The position numbers and the translations under genes were made by a program. From NCBI GenBank assembly GCA_051362555.1, contig CM120649.1, positions 4,960,001-5,024,000 on the forward strand: a stretch of DNA of 64,000 nucleotides, in the 5' to 3' direction. The notes under the pieces were generated by a model. The model was not told the DNA's origin. It did no database searches and worked only from the letters and a program-made list of their open reading frames with translations. The stretch comes from Lingula anatina. Its lineage: Eukaryota > Animalia > Brachiopoda. Below, in pieces: positions 41,727-51,500 of this stretch (within the stretch, counting starts at the first letter, position 1; every line of letters begins with the position of its first letter).

Positions 41727-43231
41727 TCAGGATTCCTCTTGTTCCTGATCACTACCGTAAATCAATTCACTAATCGAATCCGTGCTCTTCAAGAACATGT
41801 TGGCGCAATATGGCGAACAAGACACGAACAAAAACGGCAAGTTCTTAATCCCGAAGATCTTGCTCGCTGGACGGATGAGTCGGAGACCCGGGCCGTAAAG
41901 GGGCCCGTTACAGCAGTCACACTGGCCCGTGGGCTGGAGAAGTCGCGCCACGGTCTCCGTGAGGTGGTAGGCACGACGGTGGAGCCCCGCATTCATGAAC
42001 GCCAGGCAGGCAAGGTCGGTCAGTCTCTGAAAATGAACATGAAAGAGAAGGTTTATTTTGAAGAAGTTTCTGAATTAGAATACCTTGGTTATGTATATTT
42101 TCAAACATTACTGTACCCACCCTCTCTAAATTTATCAACACATCTGAAATTGCACAAAAATAAATAAATAAGTAAATAAACAATAGTTAAAATAAGATAC
42201 ACTCCCCCTTACCTGAGGCTGGTTCCTGGTGTTTTCCTTCCAAAACAGCGGATGCATGAAATTATTCCGCACTGTGAGATGTTTCAGGTTTTTCAGCTTG
42301 AGGGCGCCACTGGGCATAGCTGCCAACTGGTTGCCCTCCACCATCAACTCCCGCAAATTTCTACAATAAAGACGCAATTCTGTGAGACAGGTTGTGAAAT
42401 ATAGACACAATTCCAAGAAAATGGTATCTAGAATATAGACAAAATTCTATGAAACAGGTTTGTGGAATATAGACACAGTGCCATGAAACAGGTTGTGAAA
42501 TACAGACACAATACCATGAAAAAGCCTTATTTTTTCTCTTGTATAAAGCTGACCAAAAAGTAAACTGTTTATGAAGAAACTGAATTTTTATTTTCTGTTT
42601 CTTCATTTTCTTAATTGCTGATTTTTTACCGATGTTATTACTTTCTCTTTCTTTATTTTAACCTAAATTTAAAATCTACATCACATGGGCAGTGATCACA
42701 CTAATGTACAGTAAAAAAAAGCAACAGTCCTGCACTTACTTTAACCTCCTGATCTCATTGGGTACAAAGCTGAGTCTGTTGTAGGATATGTCCAGATGGT
42801 AGAGGCCAGACAGGCTGAACAGACTGGAATAGAGCACACACAGTAATCGTGACCATGAGGTATTACCACCTGCTTCTACCATTATATTAAAGATAATTAA
42901 TTGGAAATGATTGTGGTAAAATGCTCTTGTGCAAATAAATAAATACATAAAAAAATAGAAAAGACTTAATTTTTTTTTTAATATGTTTGAACATTTTTAC
43001 TTACAGAACAATATAACTGAACATTTTCCTCTTTACTTTGAATACCATAACATAATCCTTTTAACTTTGTATTTTTATTTGTAAATTCTCTACAACAAAT
43101 TTTTATGAATTTTAGACTCTAAATATATATGTAAATAAATTATTATCATAATACTTATCATCATCATTATTATTATTATTGGATGAGGTACACAAAATTC
43201 CGCAAACACACACGCATAAACACATCTATAT

Positions 43232-43313
<82 letters not shown>

Positions 43314-44813
43314 ATGGCACAGCAAAGATGAATGAGTGGCAGTCTCACCTTAAAGGCACTTGAGACAGTAAGTTGAAGGAGATAACAAGCACTTTAAGTT
43401 TTGTTAGTTTACAGATATCTGGTGGGATTTCCGTGATTGGATTGTTTCGAAGTTTCAGGGTCTCCAGTTGCTTCAGATCAAAAATCTCGACTGGGAACAC
43501 CTGAAAGAGAGATATAAAATGTAAAATAATTATAAGTATTATATCTTTGTTATTTATTAAGTCTTATTTTTTAGGATTTACAAACATGTACTGTAACTAC
43601 ATCAATAAATAAGAGACTAAAATACACAGATACAGTAATCCCTACATGATTCAATGGCATATTGCATCTCAGAAGCTTCAAATATATAGTTTTAACAGAC
43701 CTCTGCCTTCATGTAACAATATCACTACTTGGTGGAGCATTATGCTTCCTAGTTAAAGTCATTGAAGGTTTATAACAAAGATGCATCCCAGACAAAAAAA
43801 ATGCAAAGGATGTAGCTCAGTAACTCAGTTTTCAAAATTTTCCCATTCCTTTGAATTACTAAATATAATCATTAATTTTGTGATTATCTTGGCCCCCATT
43901 CTTAAAGGTTGAGACAGCTTATATACTAAAAGGTATTCTGTATGCCAACAATTGGTCATCTATAATTTTGTAATGTTCTTCATGGTTTTGGGTGTACTAT
44001 TACATTCAATTTGTTTAGTGTGATAAAAATTAATGAAAACAAGGAAACAATGCACCTACCCTTAGGTCATTAAAAGACAGATTGAGGTAAGTGACAGTAG
44101 TCAGCAGGGGTCCAAGGTCTGGAAGCTGGGAAATGAAGTGAGCCTGAAATATATGAGTTTATATTATTATTTTTTATTATTGATAAGATAAATTTAAAAA
44201 ATGATTTTTGGGGTCAAAATTTCAATATATTCTCATTTGTTCCTTTTTCATTCTTGTAATAATTGCTTTGAAAACATGATGCAATTGAAGGCCCTTTGGC
44301 AAAATTTATGATTATACGAGGAAAAAAAAAACACTTGGTAGAACTTAACAGATTCATCACTCAAAAACTTCTCTCAAGGCTCTATTAACACTAACACAAA
44401 CACCCTCCCCCCCCCAAAATAAAGATCAAAACTTAGTAGAAATACGGAGCAACCATCTGAAACATCATGCCGTCAAAAATGGTACATGTAGCAAATAACA
44501 AACAAGAACATAAACCCACCTTTAGACTGAGAGATGTCCCACCATTCATCAGGCAGTCTAATATGGCTAACTCAGAGGGGGTTATAAAACCTTCATCAAA
44601 CTGAGCTGAAATTTTAAATAATAAATCTTGTTCTAATTTCTTCCATAAGAAACAGGGCACAATGTAAAAATAAAAAGTAACATTAGTATATATGATAATA
44701 ATAATAGTAAATAAAATGTGTATATTAAATACAATATTTATAGAAGTGCATGCATACCAGCATATACAGAGGGGCATACTGCCATTTACGTATGTAGTAT
44801 GCACACGCACACT

Positions 44814-44881
<68 letters not shown>

Positions 44882-47235
44882 TAAAATACTTACAAAATGG
44901 AGATCTACTCCTCCCTGTTCCCTGGAAGTATCTGGTTACTCCCGCGTGGAAGATGGCGTCTCTTGCTGGCAGCTCTGTGTCTCTGATTATTAGATAAATT
45001 ATTACATATCAAGTTTTATACAAATATATATACATAAAATGCTGAATATTGACTCAAGTGTTAAATGTAACAGTGTTAATATAAGCAGATAAGAGTAAAT
45101 TAAAAAAGCATTGTCAAATACATAATCATTTACTATGCTCAAATTTTAAATATAACTAATTCAATTATTAAGAATAATAATTATATCAATTATAACAATA
45201 ATTCTATATTTTATAATATACAAAAAGTCATTAGAGTTCAGATATATTCAAAAAGAAAATGTTTTTGTACTCTAATTATCAGTTATACAATCTACATTAT
45301 TGAAATAAGGTTATAAATCGATAAACAAAATAACAGTTTTCTTACAGTTTAAACTCCCTCTCCCTGCTCTTCCTGACTTCAGAATCATCTTCATACAACA
45401 ATATCTCCGTGTGTGGTCCGTTCCCCTCCACACCAGTGCCAGGGGTGTACTTCTTCAGTGGTTTTATCACCGTTTTCACATTAGTATTCAGCAGGGATTT
45501 CATCTGTTCTTTGATTATAGATGCCATTTCCAGGAGGAGCTGTCTTTGGGGGACTCGCGGGGTTGGTTCTGGTAAGTCTGATTCTGAAAAAGAATTAAAT
45601 AATAAATATGTAATAAATAAATAATGAATTTTTAAAAAAATAAACAAAAAGCACTGTAATAATGAACCTGATAATCTTGCAGTTTATTAAATGCTATGTC
45701 ACTTGCTATTTCATACATTTAACTGTTCTTTTTCTTTTCCTTAGAGAGAGAAGGGGGGGGGGGGGAAAGAGAAGAAAAATGGGAAAATTCACAAATAAAT
45801 TCCTAGTTTAAACTACAACAATCATACTCAATTAAATAAATAGACATAAACATGAACAGCTGTAAATACCTATCTTCTACCTTATCATACATAAACATTG
45901 GTTCACAGGAAGGTTTAGGGGTTGGGGGTTACAGATTTTTTCTTTTTACACAATTTGAAAGTTGTTAAAAGACCTTGCCCTACCTGGAGGTTCTACTCTC
46001 ACAGTGTTAATCTGGGTCTGTCTTGGATTCAGCTTCTCCATGAGCAGTTTAGTCAACCTCTTATAATTATGTCTGGAATACATTGTCTCTTTCACTTCAT
46101 CCATAGGAATTTTCTCAACCTCGGACATGTGAATAAGGAAATGTTGCAAAGTAAACTCCGGTGGCTGCGTGTATCTTTCATCGTTACTGAAGTCCACAAA
46201 TAAATTAGAGTCATATTGTAAGGCTGGGTGCCTTTTTGGTGCCCTAGCTGGCAGAGCGTCAGGCCCTCTAGGCTTATACGGCTTTACCAGCGACCGCCCC
46301 TGAACTATGGAATGTTGGGCCGTCGATGCCTCACGACTGTCAAGGATATATCGCCTATCCTGACTTACAAAATGTGGTGTCTGTGGGTGGGTTCTATACG
46401 AACTAGCTAAAAGTCTTGATGACCTTGACCTAGATTTTGTCTTTGACCTTGACCCACTTTTTCCAGAAGAGGGGTAGTATTCTGAAGGTGCTGGGGAGGC
46501 GAGACTTGGCACTACGCTTGGCACTGGGGACAATCTGGCATATTCTTCCTCTATGTGAAGACTTGATCGTTCTGATCTCGGCGTATCTTCCACTACTTCT
46601 ACTGGTTTTGGCTTTGGTCTAGGTCGCCTAAGAAGCTGCTTGCTTTTCGGCTCTGGTTGGTTTGACATCAGCAAAGGCACATGCTGTAATTGAAATTAAA
46701 AGTTTTTCTATGTAGAGAATCAAAGAAAAAGAGAGTAGCTTGCAAACGGAAGGAAAATATATGTATATTAAACACACATAATCAGGAGCAACATAAATGG
46801 AGGTTACCAGTAAATGGTCTGACATGTATGGCTTAAGCATAATACACGTCAACAGATCGATCGGTACCGATATTTGAGAGCACCAAGGGCAAGGCATAAG
46901 TATACAGCTGAGCACAAGCATAACCCATTTGCAATTTTATTGCATGTCCAGGACCCACTAAGTTAATAAAGTACAGAGTAAAGCTGAGTACGAAGGCTTA
47001 ACAAACCCAAGTGCATATATAAATAAATTTACAACTTGATTTTCTAAGTACAGTGCAGTTTACGCGCTGATAAAACAATATATTACAGCCTTTGGTCGGT
47101 TAAACATATTCGCTTGGGAATGCATCACTTCTGTTTAGGAAAGATTACCATGAAATCTCTGTCAATAGTCAATTAAGCGCATAATTAGCATAAATAACTC
47201 ACCGTCATAGTGTTTGGTCCTACTGTGGCCGCCAT
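41727..47235 (-). CDS. LRRC63: Leucine-rich repeat protein, LRRC63-like
   Basis: Ten exons with consistent phases: 47235-47203, 46683-45984, 45583-45346, 44982-44894, 44605-44520, 44143-44060, 43500-43349, 42823-42740, 42360-42213, 42026-41727. Pro/Ser/Arg-rich N-terminus; LRRs (LNLSFNDL, LKLRNNPI, LVISFNLL, LDISYNRL, LMVEGNQL); C-terminal CDCCNGPLYGPGLRLIR...FG..LPFLFVSCSPYC. The symbol is from recalled similarity, not a search. Confidence 0.8.
42370..42520. repeat. About 33-bp minisatellite, roughly 4.5 degenerate units, in an LRRC63-like intron
   Basis: Repeating tgaaacaggttgtgaaatatagacacaa-like unit right next to the exon 9 acceptor. Confidence 0.75.
43235..43310. repeat. (GA)n microsatellite
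   Basis: Direct GA run. Confidence 0.95.
44815..44872. repeat. (CT)n(CA)n compound microsatellite
   Basis: Direct runs. Confidence 0.95.
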
Positions 47236-47451
47236 TTTACAGCCGTTGTCATAACAACAAGACATGCCAAGTACAAGATTACTTCTGCATCAGTTTCAGT
47301 TCGTTAATTCATATGAAATATTGATTTATCGTAAATATTACTCTCAGGCATAACAACATAACAACACTATTATTATAATCAATTAAAGAGTCTTGTAGCT
47401 TATCTTGCATGTGACAGTCATGTGACCAACACCAGCTTGCAACAGACCGCA
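47236..47451. promoter_or_regulatory. Putative bidirectional promoter with an RFX X-box-like palindrome and an M-box/E-box
   Basis: 216 bp between divergent ATGs. GTTGTCATAACAAC at 47245-47258 is X-box-like and GTCATGTGAC at 47417-47426 is an M-box/E-box. The minus-strand start context is AAAATGGCGGC. Confidence 0.55.
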
Positions 47452-48463
47452 ATGTCTCGTCTTCAGCTGTTGAAGAAGTTCGCGCAAGTTGTAACTTTGC
47501 AAGTGCAACAATCGCGAACTTTCCAGGGAAGTGCACAGTGTTTTAGAAAATTCAATGCTCCTCTCTCTGGTAATGATTTAGCTCGGCCAGCGGGCATTGC
47601 GTCGATGATGCGTTTGCCCGTACAGGAAACCTCCGAAGGTACTGTACTGTGTTCGGTCTGAATACGTTTACTAACTAGTATGATTTAAATTGTTTTATGT
47701 AGTTCTTTGTGCAGGTATGCTAATGGTAATTGTGTTCTAGAAACATACGAAGTGCAAATACTAAGATTAATGTGTCTCGCCATAGTTCAGATCGTATAAA
47801 GACTGCGCTACGGCTGTACACTTTGTGGAATGCAAATCAAATGTTGAAAATCAAAACTCCAAGTTTACTAGTATATTATTGAACTAAAATGTGAACTGTC
47901 TGTATTATACTTATGATATTAGGATTTTTAAAATTAAAATCAAAGCAGAATTTCAGCAAGTAATTTTACCTGTTATATAATATACTTTTTAAGTTTTTAA
48001 GTAAAGTATATTTTAATCAAAATATAATCATATTCATTTTACAGTTTATTATTTATCATATTTAGTTAGTCAGCTACCGGTAGTAAGAAACACCTTAGAT
48101 TTAAATAGTAAGGGCAAATTTATTTATTTATGTCCTAAGGTTTGGATGTGTGTTTTGTTGGGGTGCCTCTGGATGCAGGGACATCAAATCGGTCTGGGAC
48201 CAGATTTGGACCACGCCAGATCCGGTCAGAATCCTGTATTATCAGACATGTGAACAATGCCACTGGTATGTGAAATTAACATAGTCTTCACTGTAATAAA
48301 CCTTTTTGGAGTGATTACTGTTCATAATAAGGATTTGAAATTTCATTTGGTCAGTTTTCTCATTAAGTAATTAAAAGAAAAAATGTGATCATATTTAGTT
48401 AAAATTGATGCTTTTTACAGTACTGATAACTCAGTTGAGACAAACAGTAGGCTTTTTGAATTG

Positions 48464-48506
<43 letters not shown>

Positions 48507-51500
48507 CCATCAGGAGCTCAGCCCTTTGATTCAATACAAGTGGCAGATGTTGGAGATGTCTGGATGAATATCTACAACTTACCAGAGGCTTGTAAGAATA
48601 TAAAAGATGGATTCACAAAGTTGATGAGCACTGGCTGTAAGACTTTGGCAGTGGGAGGAGATCACACCATAACATGGCCTATACTGCAAGCTGTCAAGGT
48701 AGGAGAACCCATTTATAGCATTTTTAAATATTTATTTGAAAAATAAAGATTTGTTATACACAGCATTTATATACATGTATAAGATTATCAGTTAAGTTTT
48801 CAAATATTTTGCTAAAACTGTATAAAGTTCATTATCTATAAAGTAATGATTTATCTCTAGAATTTTCAAAAATAAAATTTGGAGAATTAATACATTAGTC
48901 CCGTAAAATACAGCATTTATAAAGTACTAAAAAATTACTAGAAATTTCACTTACAAGATAATCACTTGAATTTCTAAACAGGACTCCATTAGAGAAAAAA
49001 ATTAGGGTCTGTTAATATAATTACCTTCTTTTACTATTTTATTCATTTATTACTTTTATTGTATACAGTGATTTGTAACTATGAAAATATAAAAAAGGGA
49101 TAGATATCATAATCAATTTAGGCAGTTCAAATCTAGTGAGTAATTACTGTATACAGGAAAAGCATGGCCCCGTTGGCTTGATACACGTGGATGCACATGC
49201 AGACACGCAAGAAGCAATGCTAGGTGCTCCTATTGCGCATGGTACTCCTTTCAAACGAGCAGCAGATGACGGATGTCTGGACTGCAAGCGCGTGGTGCAG
49301 ATTGGCCTGCGCGGCACGTGCGGAACGTTACAAGATTACAAGTTTGAAGAGAGCAAGGTGCTGAACTAAGGAATATGATCATTCATTTTTATTTTCAGAG
49401 TGCGTAACAACCCAGTCTCTTGGTCAGTTGTTTTGTAATTATACCCAGTTCATTCTGTGTATCCATCATGTGTACCTAGTATCCAGTCTGTGATATCCAT
49501 GCTATCCATCCATTATCCATCACATACCTATACTTGGTATATATCCAACACATGATATCCATTCTAACTGTGTATCCATTTCATTTTATGTTAATGTCAT
49601 ATGTATCCATGCTACCTATTCTCTCTGTCCATTTTATGCTTTTTACCCTTCATACCAGAGTGTATCTAATTTTACCATGATTGATATACTACCAATTCTT
49701 TGTATCCCATATCATGCTATGCATCCATTATATGTACCTACCTATCTGTAACACCCATTTTATGTATCCATTTCATTTTATCCATCCATCCATCCGTCTG
49801 TGGTGTACTGTTCTGCATATGGAAATGTAGTGTTTGTATTTAGTGATGTGAGTACGTAGTGTTACCTGTAATTAATTTTTTTATGGTGAATAGTTATACC
49901 TGTTGGCACCCTGCTTAAAAGCCCTGCACTTCTCTGCATTTTTGCATTTTTGCATACTTCTACTATCCACCAGACAGACAGAGAAGATACGGGAAAGCCA
50001 AGTGTGTTGAACACAAACTAGTACTGCTGCATGCATACTGCTAACTTACCTGCATGTTACTATATAACTCCATCGCATACTGCCGATTCTACAGCTACTG
50101 CTGACGCCTACTGCCTATGGATAGAGCTACCACATGTTGCTACAGCGTACCATTATAGTTGAATTCTAAAGCTTTAGCTTTACTGCATGTGATATAAGAT
50201 TCAGTGTATGCCAGCAGAGGTACTTCCAAGGGAATAAAAAAAAAATATTTGCAAAATCTAATTATGTACTACATAGTTGTTTTCTGTGTTCACCATCATA
50301 TACATGTATCCAACCTACCCATGTTGCCTGTTCCACACATCTGTATTTTCATGGGCATTGCCATGTTTATTTCCTGTAGGACATGCAATCTCAGGAAGTT
50401 TTTCACAATTTTTGATGAAATATACAGGATACACATTTTTGCAGGAGGAAAAGAAAGAGCTACAACTTCAGCTAGATCCAGTTCTTCTATTTTTTTTTTT
50501 TTTTTTTTTTTTGATAACTTCTTATTGCCATTTTGTCTTGACGGGGTCTGTGTTTTTGGAGTCATAGTATATAGCAGTGTACCGTTTTTATGTCCAGGAG
50601 AAATATGGCCCTGTCGGATTGGTTCACATTGACGCCCACTCTGACACGGGGGAGTCTATGTTAGGGGCGCCTGTTTACCACGGATCTACTTTCCGACGAG
50701 CCGTAGAGGACGGGTGCTTGAAAGGAACCCAAGTTGTCCAAATTGGCCTTCGTGGTACTGGGCATTCATTGAAGAGTTTTGATTGGTCAAAACAACAGGT
50801 GTTTTGTTTGTGACTTTTCTGCTTTTTTTTGTTTGTTTGAATCGCTTTTTATATGCATTCAGGTGTGAATGATCCAGTAGCGGTTGTGGCCTGCTGCATG
50901 CTTGCATGAGTATCTGCTGGTTTGAACTCTCTGACTGAGATCTTATATAATTAATAAAAAGTGCAAACACAATAAAACACTTCCCGGTCACCTCTGGCTA
51001 GTGCAAAATATAAAGCTGTAGGGCACATGTTGTATGTTTATTCAGTCACTTATGTTGTTTGTATTTATGAATTGACAAATGGTCATTATTTCATTTTGTG
51101 TGATTTTATTTAATATTTTATTTTTAGATTACTTTTATGTTTTTGATTTTATGGTACTTCATAGACTAATCATTTGTTTCGCCTCATTTGATTGGTGGAT
51201 TGAGCCTAGGTTAACCAGCCACTTTTTTCCAGTAGAAAAACCTTGAGCCATGACCTATGTGGACAAAACACAAAAAAGAAATCAGAAATGCAGACAAATA
51301 CAAATAAGATAAAGAAAAAACAATTGTGTGTTTTTTACTACTTTACAGTTAACTAAAAATAATTTTGTATGGTCCAGGAAAAGTATGGCCCAGTTGGTTT
51401 GGTTCATATTGACGCTCACGCTGACACCAATGAGGGGCTGCTGGGAGCACCTGTCAACCACGGGGCTCCTTTCAGACACGCGGCGGTGGAGGGGTGCCTG

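Noticed and set aside
41616-42167. 183-aa plus-strand ORF
   Set aside because: It is antisense to the last LRRC63-like exon and has no recognisable domain.
42370-42520. Repeat of about 33 bp as a CRISPR-like array
   Set aside because: The units are head-to-tail without unique spacers, inside a eukaryotic intron, and no cas genes are present.
49124-49138. Possible docking site just upstream of exon 4a (agttcaaatctagtg) pairing with 50915-50928 or 52491-52501
   Set aside because: The matches are AU/GU-rich and short enough to be chance in this base composition. Not promoted without an energy-versus-shuffle test or conservation.
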